The notes under the pieces: generated by a model
What the model saw: the letters and a program-made list of their open reading frames with translations, nothing else
Databases searched by the model: none
Told to the model about the DNA's origin: nothing
Source of the DNA: the human T2T-CHM13v2.0 reference genome, Homo sapiens
Strand: one strand, 5' to 3'
Assembly: GCF_009914755.1 (NCBI RefSeq)
Contig: NC_060944.1
DNA: 64,000 bases
Shown here: in pieces, positions 14,086-27,458 of the stretch
Numbering within the stretch: the stretch's first letter is position 1
Layout: each line of letters opens with the position of its first letter
Position numbers and translations under genes: made by a program

Positions 14086-14201
14086 TGTGGACCGCGGAGC
14101 GGACAAGTGCCGCAGTGACGTGGGAGGCTGGTGATATAGCGCGGCGCGCTGGCGCGGGCCTCCAATCCCCAGACCCGGGGCAGCCCATTTGAATAATCAG
14201 C

Positions 14202-14217
14202 TCACACCTAGGTGAGA
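14202..14217. promoter_or_regulatory. Near-perfect T-box (Brachyury/EOMES) palindrome
   Basis: TCACACCTAGGTGAGA versus consensus TCACACCTAGGTGTGA (15/16). Confidence 0.65.
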
Positions 14218-14643
14218 GGTAGCCGCAGCCGGCGCTCCGCACCTGCCCCTCAGCGCCTGCCGTCCGCCCCACCGCCGCGGCGCCCCGCACTCCTGGGCGG
14301 GCCAGGGGAGCGGGCTGGGCGGGCGATCGGGCACGCGGGATCCCTGGTCGAGCCCCCTTTCCTCCCGGGTCCACAGCGAGTCCCCTGAGGAAGGAGGGAC
14401 CTGGGAGGAAACCACCCTCTGGGGCGGCTCCGGCCTCCAGCCCCCGCCCCGTCTCATCGCGCCGGGCGCCCGGTGCGCCTGTCGGAGGGCGCGTCCAGCC
14501 TCAGTGCCCGGCAGATCCCTATGAAAGCCGGATTTATTTATGCCGGGTTTCTTCGCTCTCAGTGCTCATTCTCTGTCAAAACAGCAAGTCCATGACAGCC
14601 AATTTGCAAAGCGCTGTCCTATTTAGAAAAACTACGTACACAC

Positions 14644-14832
14644 CTTTAACTCGCCCGCTGCTGCTCCTGCGAGGCCCCTCCCTGTTACAGTTCAGACCCG
14701 GAACGGCCTCGGGAGAAGCGCGGGGCGCACGGTCTGGCCGCCTCGGCTCTCCGACTCCTCAGACACCGGCCGCCAGGGACCCGCAGTGGGGCGGCCGGCG
14801 CCTGGCGCAAGCAGCCCCTCTAGCAGCGGCCG
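14644..14832 (-). other. FOXA2: FOXA2 variant 2 non-coding exon 1
   Basis: Donor TTAAAG|GTGTGT at 14644/14643 joins acceptor ttccag|TATG at 13631/13630, giving GTTAAAGTATGCTG, the junction I recall from HNF-3beta mRNA. Confidence 0.75.
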
Positions 14833-15000
14833 ACGGTTGGGAGGCTGAGATTTGTCTCTGATATTCAGGCCGGCGTGTTTCAAGGTTACTTTTCAGTCAC
14901 AACCGAGGTGCCCACAGCATTTCGTAACTAAAACAAACAGGGCAGGAGGTGGGGAGGGAGGGGTGAGGAGAGAAGAATCCAGGAATCAATGATGGGGCAT
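14833..15000 (-). promoter_or_regulatory. FOXA2: FOXA2 distal (liver-type) promoter with autoregulatory FOXA, C/EBP and HNF6/ONECUT sites
   Basis: Minus strand TGTTTGTTTTA (14929-14939), GTTACGAAAT (14919-14928), ATTGATT (14984-14990); same order as the characterised rodent HNF-3beta promoter. Confidence 0.8.
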
Positions 15001-15539
15001 ATGGAGTTGACTTCAAGAGCGTCTCTGTCCTCTCTGTCTTCCAGAGGGACTGCTTAATAGAAATTAGAAACTCCAGCAATCGTATACTTTTATTTCCCCA
15101 GCAGCTCTTGGGTTCAAAAATTGTCTTCTGTTCTGGGTTAGCCTGTGAGCCCAGATTTGGAGTGGGGGGATATTGCAGGTGTTTGGATGTGGAGGCTCTT
15201 TCTTGGTTCTGAAAACCTGGCTGGACCTTGGGGATCCAGCCCTGTACCCACCCCCTCAGACACAGAGAATGCATAGGAACTAGTGGGCATCCAGCCCACC
15301 TGTCCAAAATTGGGGGCGATGGTGGCAGAAGACAGGCGAGATGGCAGACACGGAGCTTCGCATTGAAGCTTGAGTAAGGGTGAGGCTGGAAGGCAAGCGA
15401 GGAGGTAGCAGTAGGCACAGGGGAACCACTTCCCTAACCCCAGGACTCTCAGGTCTGCACGGTTTGGGACACAGAAGGAAGCCGCCGGCAGCATCTTTTG
15501 CTGCTGAAATGCAGATGGTTTGGACACTTCATAAAGAGG

Positions 15540-16620
15540 GCATTAATAAGCCCGCCGAGTGAGCGCCAGGGCGGGATTCTCCCACAAATTCAAGGTCTGT
15601 ATCTCCGCGGAAGCCGTGCCTATCGGTCCCCCGAGTGCTGAAGGCTCCCACGAGGGGCAGGCCAGCCCGGTGCGCCAGGGAAGGAGCTTGATGGTGTGTA
15701 CGGCTACGTAGTGAACGTGGAGGTGTGCGCAGCGGAGTCAGAGGGGCTAGATCCCCAGCATTTCCCACGGGGTCCCACCTAGCGCGTGGATGGGAGCAAC
15801 TTCATCACTCCACCGAGGGCAGGGAAAGAGGAGTAAGCATTGGAGCTCAAAGAATGAGCAATTTTTCAAAGCTTTCTCCGCAGGCCTGGGCAGACACACA
15901 CGCACACACACACACACCGCACCCCCAAAACTCAAAAGAATGTTATGGTTGACCTAGTCTGTGCGTGTGCTGTATGAGAGTATTTGTGAGCTTATGTGGG
16001 TGCCCACTTCCCTTTCTATTTTGCTCCTGGGTGGAAATTTGGTCCCAGAAATTATTCCAGGAACAGAAGGAGCGAGCTGGAGGGCCGCAGGAGAAGGGGG
16101 CGCTACACTTCCAAGGAGCGGACTTTGGAAGCCCCCACCTCCACCACAGCACTATTGGTGGCCGGGGTCAGGGACACCAGAGAGCGCTCGGCGGGGGCTT
16201 CCACAGTGACAGGGCGCCCCCTGTCGGCCGCCAGGCCCGCGGGACCGACCCGAGTCCTCATTTACCCCCGCGATCCCAACCCCGCAGCTCCGGCACCGGA
16301 GCACCTTCTCCCCCGCTCTCCCAGTCTCTCCGAAAACGCCTTCGGGGGGACTCGGCCTTTTTGGAGCCCCAACCCCTAGGTTCTGCGCGAACCCAAAACG
16401 GCCTCCTGCACCCTGGCGAGGTTCTGGGAGCTCCGGTAGGGTAGGGCTGGATGACGCCTCCTAGAGTCTCGGAGCAGCCGCTCCCGCACCCTCCCGGCAC
16501 GCCTGCCCATGGGAATGCGAGCGGGGTCTACGGTTAGCTTTAGGTAGCTGGGAGCGGGACACCAACGGGCTGCGAAGGAAGCAGGGACGTTCAGACAGCC
16601 TGGGGTTCGCGTTCCCTTCC
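15540..16620. promoter_or_regulatory. Upstream CpG-rich region with candidate CTCF motif (16214-16227)
   Basis: CpG-dense; minus strand CCGACAGGGGGCGC. Confidence 0.55.
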
Positions 16621-17506
16621 AGCTCAGCGGTCTTTGGAGCTCCTCCTTCCCGGAGTTCTGATTTCTAAAGGGCTATCCAGAGTTCTGGCTCAGGCTTGAA
16701 TGCTGAAGATTGCTCCCGGAGTTTCTCTCCAGGAAAAAGTTCGCGGGGACCTCGGGCTGCAGATGTTTCTCCCAATCCCTCTTTAGTCTACCCTCATGTA
16801 GGGCCGAGACCTACAGAGCCCTTCCCTTTCCATTTTGTTAGGTCACCGCCGGCTTCTATAATAAAGCTGCTTTATAACTGAGGACTGTGCTTGGGGTTAG
16901 CATGCTATTTTTATTTTGGATGTTGCCTCAATGGCAAAGTCATAAGACTCGAGTTCAAATCCAGGCCTCCTCTGCTCTCCCTGGGAAGAAAACACCCAGG
17001 CCATCCAGGTCTCCTAGGCCTTCATCTTGCTGGAACAATCTGCGTTCCCCTAGCAAAAGTCCTCCCTAGAGCTCTCTTTGTCACATGAAACCAACCAGTG
17101 CAGAAGGGGCATCATTGAACAGAACTCAATTTTCCTAAGTGAGAACCCATGAAATACCTAAGGAGAAAAACAATAAAAGTCCCATTAATACTCCAATTCC
17201 TAAAACCTTTCAGAGAATAAATACCCAGGCAAGGCCTTGCTCAAAGTTCCCCAGCGTGTTTAGGGCAACATAAGGCAGATATGTAGGCAAGATGAAGGCA
17301 GAGGGGATGGAAAAGTGACAGCACAGTCTTGGGAAAGTATGCATTTTTACTTTCTTATAAACTTTTTAATTGGTAAAAAAGCAGATGTCCAAACACCCCT
17401 TATTCATTCTCTGGATGAATCTCAAGTCTCAATGAAGAAAAGGCATATCGTGTGTCAAAGATTATAATCAACATTTCACTTTCTTTGGGTGGGTTATTAT
17501 TTCTGA

Positions 17507-17833
<327 letters not shown>

Positions 17834-20161
17834 TCAAAATTTGTCTACTTGGCACTGAGCACACCTTCAAACACTTATGTTGGCTTTCAAAGTTCTTGGA
17901 TGGTCAAAAGACCAGTTGTTTACGGAGAGGGCAATTGAAAAGGTCATTAGCTAAGAACACCTTATCAGAGGGTATTTATGTAAAAGAATAAAAAAATTCA
18001 GCATGTTGCAGCCTTCAGCAAAGGCTCAGGAAAATGCTGATAAAGGGGGAGGCAAGGTGCAACATTTTAAGTTTAATACTGTGTGCACCTGCATGCAATT
18101 TATCTCTCCACCGCAAGATCCACAGGAAAAGATGAAACATACATTTTTAAAATGAGAAAATAAAATGAATTAAATAAATACGATGTTAGTAACCTTGATT
18201 ATGTTTGGGTGGTAGAATTATATCTTCAATCTATGTTTTTAGAAGTATGGGTGGTATCATTTTATATCACTACTTTATTATTACATTCTCTTTTACTATT
18301 TTATGGTGAAATATGTAATAAGGATATTGGATCTGATGTTAAGGAAACTTTGGCAAAATAACTTGTGCAAATATTCATTCAGTTCTCATCCTTGAAAGGA
18401 GATCAGAGAAGCCACCATACAAACTGACGACAGGTTTGAGTTCTGAAAAACAAGGCATTATTATTTTGTCTTACTGGTATCAGGGGATGAACTGTGATTT
18501 TCCCTGAGTTGAGAGAGGAAGAGAAGAAATATTCATGTCAACCACAGGTATTGACTTACCAGGGTGGTTTCTGCATATTGTTTAGGGGAAGGAGACAGAC
18601 TCTGTCCTCTGGGTGGGGTGCCTTTAAGATGGATCTGGCACACAGATCTCTTGCTTTATGCATGTAGAATTTGATCGTTGTGCCGAAGGTTGGGTTTCAG
18701 TTATGGATTGTCCATCTTTTATGGGACTTCTCAGTGGATGGATTGAGCAGTTGCGGATTCCACTCCCATCTGTGGAGGTCTGTGAAGAAAGCCAGTGCTC
18801 TGCCCATTCTGGGCCAGGGTTTGACAAATATTTCTGGTATATATTTGACAACCTGTTCACCATTCTTGTGTTTTTAGCACATTTCTGGTATGTGGGACTA
18901 TTATAGCAGGTAATTAAAATAATTGGAAGAGATAAAAATAAAAAATGACAAGTTTTAGTAGCAATAACAACATGCCAACCTGAGTGAGAATAAACTTCTC
19001 TTTGAGGGATGCTTAAATTAGATGCATCTGCATTTGTGGCCCTGGGAGCTATTTCATACATTTGGATGTTATTCTTGGGAGAAATCTCAGTTATTCCTGC
19101 CAAACAGGCAAGCAGTAAGCTTCATGAAGGACAAGAGTCATGGGGCGTCAGTCATAGACTACCTGGAGAATCCAAACCCAGGCATTCTTTCTTAGGATAC
19201 CATTAGGCCTATGAGCTGCTGATTACTTAGTTGGATAAACAAATGCACTTTCAACAAGTATGAAACAATGCAGCATACGAGAGACATGGAGATCAGAAAG
19301 AAGCCACTAAGTCCTGGGTTTCCTGGCTGATGCTTAGGAAGCAGTTGTTTGCTTCTCGTTTCCATCTCAAATGGTACACAGTCTCTGAATCAACAAAAAG
19401 AGCTATATATAACTTGCTCTAATATTAAGCAATGACAAGGATGGGGAGTTTATATGTTTTGGATTCATTCAGCAAATATTTAATGAGCACTTACTATATT
19501 CCAGATGGTGGACAAATAGGCAAAGCCATGGGCTTCTAGAAACTAAGTCTGTTTTCCTCTTTTACTTCCACCTTTTCTCCCTTTTTCTGCCTCAGGTCCC
19601 AGCCTCTTTACTTTTAAGCCTTCTTCCAATCATGACCTTGGAATTTCCAAGTGCTAAAATCCTATTCCAAAGGGAAAATTATACATTTCACCATTCTAAA
19701 ATAGTCTAGCTGCGGGCAGAGATGGACTAAAACCCAAGGCGAAGAGCCTGGTTTGACCCAGAATCAATAGAAAAAACAAGGGCTCAGCTGTCATATAGAC
19801 AAGCAGCCCTGCAGTAGCCCAATTCTCTCCTGTCGCCATTGGCAATTCCTGTACAATATCAGTTTCCTATCAAAGGGATAACTAGGGGTTTCTAGCTTCC
19901 AGGAGAAAGAAGGATGAAGGTGGCCAGAGGTACAGCTTCACGCGGTGGATGCTGCTTGGGAGCCTCGTCCTGTGTCAAACATAGCTCCTAATGCTTTGTA
20001 ATGCACGCATTTGCATTATTTAGCTCTTTGTTAATTTTACTCCCAAGAGTAATTCCAGAGGAAGGATTGTGGAGTTCTCTGCAAAAAGGAGAGCTTCAGG
20101 GAGGGGTACCATATGACAGCAACAGTGACCCACTAGGACTGGGCAAATGAACTAGGACTGG

Positions 20162-20325
20162 GATGGCCCCTCACACCCTTATGTGCATAGGAATCCCTTG
20201 GTGATCTTGTTAAAATGCAGATTCTGATTCCGCAGGGAGGGGCTTGAGTTTTGCATTCCTAACAAGCTTCCAAGGGATGCTGATGCTGTCAGTCTGGTCC
20301 ACTGACCACAGGTGGAATAGCACAG
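20162..20325. mobile_element. MER5A-like hAT DNA transposon
   Basis: cttgttaaaatgcagattctgattc..tgcattcctaacaagc..gatgctgatgctg. Confidence 0.75.
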
Positions 20326-22741
20326 CTTTAAAGATCTGTTTCTCTCATGGATCCTGTAGTCTGTCCCTAGCTGGGTGGTGATATATGACTTGATAAAATG
20401 AGAAGTACAGCTTCCTTTTCAGCTTCTGCAGGTTCCCTAGTGCATCTACGTCCTTCCCCTCTCAGCTGCTCTGAGCCACACCAACTCTTCTCACAGCCAC
20501 AGTTCATGGTCCCCAGTCCACAGAAGTCAGAACTTGTCTGTGCAGCCCAAGCAATGTAGTGGTCCTCCCGCAAAGCAGAGCTGCCCACCCCCCATGCCCC
20601 CTGTGGTGCATTGTTAGCTCACCCCACACTCCCCCTCCTATGCTGTGTTTTCCGGAGACAGGGACCTCCCTGGTTGACAGGGTAGGAAAGGGGACCTGTG
20701 GCAATTATCAGCTCACAATGTGGAAACATCATTTTAAAAGTATATATATATATATAAAAGCCAGACTGAGTAGTGTCAGCTGCAACCTCACTGCATCAGC
20801 AAACACTCACCAAGACTCTTTTAAATTTTCTCCTTAAGGAAGAGGCCCCAGAGAACACAGACTGATCGTGTCCAGTTGCCCACCTCTGGGGCTGGGCTGG
20901 CCCTGAAGGCTATGCAGGGCTTCCCACTCAAAAGAAAAAAGGGATAGGACCGACCTCTCCCAAGCATCCCCTGAACCTCTTCCTTGATCCCAATATGCAT
21001 TTAAGAAACAAAATAGAAAGATCAAAAAGAAGGGAAAGTGAGGAAGAAATTCCTGCTTATTGAGTTTCAAATGAGATTTTCATGGTCCTCCTGGAAACGA
21101 CCTGAGTCTCTTGTGATGGCAACTGGAAATGGGAAATTTCCTCCACAAAATTTGGACTGACATTGAGTTGGCATTGCCTACCCATGCATGAGAAAATAAC
21201 ATTATTAGGAAAAATTAAAACTGAACCCATAGATTTCACAATTACCCCCTTTGTTAAGAAATACAACTGTTCTCCTTAGTGCACCACTCAATTTTTTCCC
21301 AACATATATAACAGAAAATGCTCAGAAATTAAAATTTGTGTCTCAAAGATGAGAAGAATTTTTCAAATTAGGCCATTCCCTTAATGCTTATTTAATTTGC
21401 AATATACATTCATAATTAGTGATAAGATAATTTTTCCCTTTGGGGGAATTTAAATGAAGCATTCATTCTGGAAAGGTTCCTTTCCTTCACATATGAACTG
21501 CTAAAAGAGACAGAAAATATTTCTTTCTGTGGGCAAATTTAAAAAATTCCTACCATATTTATAAAGGCACATAAATAATTAATGTAGAAACACTAAAAAA
21601 TTTAGACCAAGAATTAATCAATGTGTCCTTTTAAGGCAATGTGGATTGGGGATAATAAAACTGGTGAAAAATTATACTAAGCTGCTTTGAGATTCCTGGA
21701 TGGAACCAGATATAACACACAAACTTATTTTTCAGTTGTCCCTTTCACACCTGGCTACTAAATCACCCCATAGGTTGCCTCTGTTAGTCTAGAAGGTTGG
21801 AATATGTGATGCTGCCTGGGAATGAATTATACTATGTTATATGAAAAATTATGATGTAAGTGACACATAATATTCTCCGGAGGAGTCTACATGAATAAGT
21901 CTATACCTTTCAAAAGTTTAGGAGTTTAGATGTGCCGTTTAAGTGTGAAATCTGGCAAATTCATTCTCCTAATTCTTCAAAATAAACTGCTAAGTAGATG
22001 CTAATGTTGAGAAACATGGGTCAGAGTTCCTTGGGGTGGGAGCTCTGATCTGACACTCACTATCCCCATTCTCATAGTTAAGTAGAAAGTGAAAAGAGAC
22101 TGTTTTATCTCTACTCACCTGTTTTCTTTCATTCTTTTCTCCCTCTTAACATATTAAATTTAGAAATACAGAATTCTTTCTTCATGTACATTACCCAAGA
22201 GTTTCCTTTACCTACCCTCCTCCAAATGACTGAGCTCTCAAAGACTAGAGAGAAGTCAGGGTAGAGGCTAATATTTTCTTCAGACTTGATGATTCATGCA
22301 AGCCTTTTACATAAGAGAGCTCACTTTGTTTTTGGGAAAACTGGGGTGAGGGACATTGATGGCTCACCCAACCCTTCTGATCACAATCTAGGCCCTCTGA
22401 CCCAAATCTTGACCTGTTTTCATTTTATAATTTTCTTTTTTTCCCAAAAGGCATTCCTTTAGTTAGATGGAGAAGTTATCAGAAACCTGGGAGAAAAGAA
22501 AATACTCAGAGGTAAAGTTTCCAGGTTATTGGAATAGTGTGCATTTGTACGTGTGTGTATGCATATATGTGTATGTATTTAATGTGTGTGTGTGTGCGCA
22601 GTTTATCTACAATATACCCAAGATCTTATTGCTAGTGAAATATAGTTAAATAAACAATAACCCAACTTTATTACCTAGTATCGTCTAGCTATTATAAGCA
22701 GTGATATCTCTATGAAATAATATAAAAAGTATGATGATTTT

Positions 22742-22981
22742 ATAATGAAGAGCTAAATAGTTGCAGGATATGAGTAATTTGATTTAAGTTTTATAAAAAT
22801 AAACCCTGATTCTGTCACTGCATGGAAAAGGATTGAAGTTTACACATCAAAATATTAATAATGATGAGCTAAATAGTTGCAGGATATGAGTAATTTGATT
22901 TAAGTTTTATAAAAATAAACCCTGATTCTGTCACTGCATGGAAAAGGATTGAAGTTTACACATCAAACTATTAATAATGAT
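22742..22981. repeat. Tandem duplication, two copies of a 116-bp unit
   Basis: Copies offset by 116 nt with two mismatches (22749/22865 and 22852/22968). Confidence 0.95.
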
Positions 22982-24379
22982 ACACCTAGAGCGTGGGACT
23001 TAGGAGGATTGGGAGAGGATTTCCACATTTTACTTTATATCTTCCTTACATTGGACAATAATCTCTTTTGCTTTTGTCATAAAATAATTCTAAACAAACA
23101 CTGATAAGTGCGGTCTTGGCCACCAGCTAGCTGACATGCTGCACATAATATTTCTGGTTCTTATTAATCAAAACAGACGCTTTTCTGCATCGTCTTTTAG
23201 AGAAAATGACCAGGCCCCCTCCCCTGCAGGAAAATAGTTCCTATTTATAAGAGGAAAAATTAAATTCGGAACACCCACAGGCCAGGAGAAGTTAGGTAGG
23301 AAAAAGAAACCACTAAGACTTAATAAATCTGACTTAATTTTAAAAAAAAGTGGTTGTCACGGGGCAGACCTAAAGAACCAGCTAGTACTTAAATTGCTGT
23401 GGCTCTTAATTGCTTATGGTCCTCAGGAAGTGAAAGGATTGAAATGCAGGCTCTATGTGGCTTCACTTAATTAATATTTATGACTTCAGAAGAAAATTAA
23501 ATAAGGCAAATGGTGTACTTTTAAACAGCCTGTGGTCATGGTTAGCAGGACTCACAACAAATTCAGAAGCAAGAAATGCAAGCACACTTTGGGCATGCGT
23601 GGTTTCAGTTTTCATTTTTTATGCCTGGTGATGCCTCTAATACCAACATCTTGGAACATTATGGTGATTGTTTTCACTTATCATGCTTTGCATGTTTCTT
23701 TGTCTTTGTGATTGGTTGTCTGAAGGAAGATTTCTTTTTCTGGGGGTGGAGAGATAGGGAGATGCACAAAGATGTTAGCTCTGGAAGCATCTATAATTTC
23801 TCAGTGGATGTTTTTAAGATGTATATCTGCCATTTACTGACTTTTTTGCCTGGTTTGATGATTTGAGTTTTTCCATTTTGAGAGCAGAGAGTTGATGAGA
23901 TAGCATCAGTTCCTGTAATGAGGAATCTGGGCTATAAGTCTGTGTGATAATCAATGTTTATTGAATGGATGGATGGGTAGATGTGTGAGTGGATGGATGG
24001 GTGGATGGGAGAATAGAGCACAGATTCTATGTTACTTGCATTTAAAAACCCAGTTTACCTGTGAGCACTGGTTTTGAAGAGATAGAATTAGATAATAACA
24101 AATCCTAGATGGAAGCTTTTCAAACTTCCATTTGTGACCCATTAATGTGTGTGACAGCAATTTACTTCATTACAAGTACTGGAAAATAAAATAATGGAAT
24201 AGAAGTTCTCAGTGCATCTCACATAGTAAACAGAGTCTTGGAAAACCTCTGTTTCTGTTATAAATGTGTGTGTCTGCATCAGGATGGAAAATGCATTCCT
24301 TACTGTGGGTTCTCATCTAGAAAGCCTAAGCGACCGTATACACTGGGAGCTGAGGGTCCATTAGCTCTCCTTGCAAGGA

Positions 24380-24515
24380 AGCTTCAGTTTTCTCATCTGG
24401 AAAAGGGGGATAATAGCAGAAGCCACCTCTTCAGACTAGGTAAGGATGACATGAGTGGAGGCTCATGGTGATGGCTTAGCCCAGGGTCTGGCATATTGAG
24501 AACATTTAATCAATG
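24380..24515 (+). mobile_element. MIR fragment
   Basis: cttcagttttctcatctggaaaagggggataatag..tctggcata. Confidence 0.6.
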
Positions 24516-25790
24516 TTTTTTTTTTTTTTTTTCTCTCCTGTATCCTCTGCAGCTTCTCAGCATTACAGCTGAGAAAGTTCTCAACATTTTACACAGAGAG
24601 ATGCATTATACTATGTTTTATAATTTGTCCTCTCAACTCTTACTTAAAACAACCTTCTTAAAAAAATAAACACATTTGCTCAAAATGACACCACACATTT
24701 GAAAAGATTATTTCTCATCTCTATACATGATATAGTAGCTGTGCTGAGCTCTGGGCCAAAGACTGCTCCAGAATTGGAAAACATGTTCTACCCACTTGTG
24801 ACTCTCCCTAGCCAAGAGCCAGACCTTGTCTTCAATTCCATGGCTTTCCCTTCGTTTGAAGGTTAAAGTCAGCATTTCACTTTTACTGCTGTTAATAACT
24901 CCCAACTTTTCCATATTTCCATTTTTTTCTAAACTCTTTACTACATGCTAACACTGCCTTCATTTTTTCTCTGCCCTCTTCCTGAGGTCACTTGGTCCTA
25001 GAAGCCTCAGGTTCCAAATGTTTTTGCAACCTCCCCTTTACCCTCCCCGGTAACATGCTGTTCACCATTCCACTTTCTGATTTCCTTTTCTGTTCCTTTA
25101 GTAGTCTCTGCACTTCCCCTCCTCTCCCATCTGTAAAGCCATCTTTCTTCCAAGTGATGTTCTCCAGGTGACCTGAATCTGGCAGAAGCCTCCTCCATCC
25201 ATCTTTTTAGAAGGACCCTCAGTTGCCAGAGCCAGTCTGACACCTTCTTCCATACCAGCTGCTTCAGACCAGCCTGGGGGCCTGCTCTGGGGGTGGAACC
25301 ATTGTCAAGTTTCACCCATCAGCTAAAAACATGCCACTTGGATTCATTGCAGGTAACCAAGAAAGTCATACTCTTTAAGCTCACCAACATAGTTACATAG
25401 TTCATAAAAAATATTGCTCCATTTTCCAAGGGACTTTCTTAGTTGACGAGTGGGAGCAGAGGTCCCCATAATCAGCAGCTGGTTTGCTCATTGCTGGGAA
25501 ACACAGAAGACAGGTCGGTCACTGGACAGGGGGTGCAGAACCCAGCGCTGGAGTGCACAGAGGTAGGTTTTGAGAAGGAGTATGCACTTCTTAACTTTCC
25601 AATAGCATTACTCAGTATTTTCTTTTCCTTAAATAGTACTTTAGCTCACTTATCAGATTTCAACTTACTTTTACACACTAAAGTATGACTTGAGGTCTTC
25701 CCAGGTTCACACGTATAGAATGACCTTTTCTTTTCAGCTGCAGTGCAGTGTGTATATTCCATAGTTCTTTAGTCAGTCTATTACTATTGG

Positions 25791-26190
25791 TGTCTCAGGT
25801 GAGTTCCCCAGAAGCAGAGCCTGAGGAGAGGACTCCTGTGCATGAGAATTACCAAGTCACTGTGCTTCCCAGAGAGTTCTGTAAGGGAGTGGGGAAGGCA
25901 GGGAAGCCCAGTGTGGGCCATTTCAGGCTATGCCCAGCAGAGAGGAGCTTCAGACTGGTCCTGAAGGGGACTCAGGTGTGTGAGTGAGGCTCAGCGCTGC
26001 ACCCATCATTGGTTTAAGGGCCCTCCTGGGGGCAGGGGTCTCACACATCCCAGGCACGTGAAGCTGTCTATGAGAGTATACCAGGTGGCTCTGGGCACCC
26101 AAGAGCAGTCTATGATGAAGAGCTTGCAGGTGCAGAAGCTTGCTGAAAGCCCCACAGCAGATGGCCCTCTCCTTTTTAATTGCAGCCACA
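25791..26190. mobile_element. MaLR (MLT1-type) solo LTR
   Basis: tgtctcagg..ttccccagaagcagagcctgag terminus. Confidence 0.55.
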
Positions 26191-26855
26191 GTTGTGACAG
26201 GGGTGTGACCTAATGTTGGCCTTAGCTCTTATTTAAAGGCACGTTTGTTTGTTTCCCAGAGAAGCTCAGCCAATATTCATTTGACAAACACCAAATCCCT
26301 AGTATGCCCCATAAGCTCACATCGCAGCTCATGGGGCAGCATGAATGTCCTCCAGGAGTTCACACAGCTGGGAGTAAACCAGAAATAGGTATGAACACAA
26401 CAAAATTCATTATTGCAGCAGCAAGACTGTGCACCACTGAGATAATAGCAATTCACTCTTCCTTGGCTGGAAGGGAGGGTTGCCTCTTGCCTGAGGGGCT
26501 GATATTTAAGCCAAACACTGGAGGAAAAGAAAGTTTGCCAGGCCGAAAGTGACACAGGGCTCCTGGAGTTGGGGTTGGGGGGCAATGCCAGCACAAAGAC
26601 AGGGGAGCAACTGGGCAGCGGGTGTTAGGGCAGGAGCTTCCTGGGAAGGGCAGCGAGAACAGCTCAGAGACAAGAAAGAATTGTTCTGAGGAGCTTTCAG
26701 GCTAGGGGGTTTGGACTTTTCTCTTGGGAATGGGGAGTCATAGAGTGTTCTGAGCAGGAGAGAAAAGCCCAGGATGGGTTTGCAACAGCTCCTCTCTCAG
26801 TAAGGTGGAGGGAAGTGAGATTGAAACCAGAATCACTATTCAGTAGACACTGAGG

Positions 26856-27241
26856 TGTCACTGGGCTTGTTGGTCTGCTGCTGGGAGTACAGACCACAAG
26901 CTGCCTTCAGCTGTCAGCCCTTTCAGGGGTCAACTCAACTGCAGAGAGCACTTCCCTTGAGGTCATGGTCTTTTCTAGGGTGGCCCAAATCCAGTCCTGT
27001 TGGATGAGAGTCTACAAGGGTCTGGCCATCTCGGCCAAACTCAGATAACTCTGAGAACTATACCAGCTCTGGGGCTCACCATACGGTTGGCCAAGGCTGC
27101 TTTGGGGACCAGATTCTCCCTCTGCTCACTCCTGCCTTCTGTCCGTCTCCCCAACCCCTGCCAATTGACCCCACTGACTGTAAACACACCACATGCTAAA
27201 CTCCAATTGAGAGGCTGCCTTTTTGGAGCCCAGCTGAGACA
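26856..27241 (+). mobile_element. ERVL (LTR16-like) solo LTR
   Basis: TG..CA ends; agctgccttcagctgtcagccc and gctaaactcc..agaggctgc motifs. Confidence 0.55.
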
Positions 27242-27458
27242 ACAACTCAGGAGGCTGTAGCACTACCCCAATAGAGAGGATGGGTGTGGGAACATCCCCT
27301 CCAGTTTCCACACTCAGTGGAGACAGCTCAGTTCTGGCAGGAGAGATCTACCTCTCTGGTAGATCAGGCCTCTGATGGTTTCTCCAGAAAACTCCAAACC
27401 CACACAGACAGGAAAGTGTCAGGTAAAATGAAAACAAAACCTGGGCTCAAAAGTTCTG

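Noticed and set aside
22742-22981. Possible CRISPR-like or array structure
   Set aside because: Simple two-copy duplication without spacers, in eukaryotic DNA
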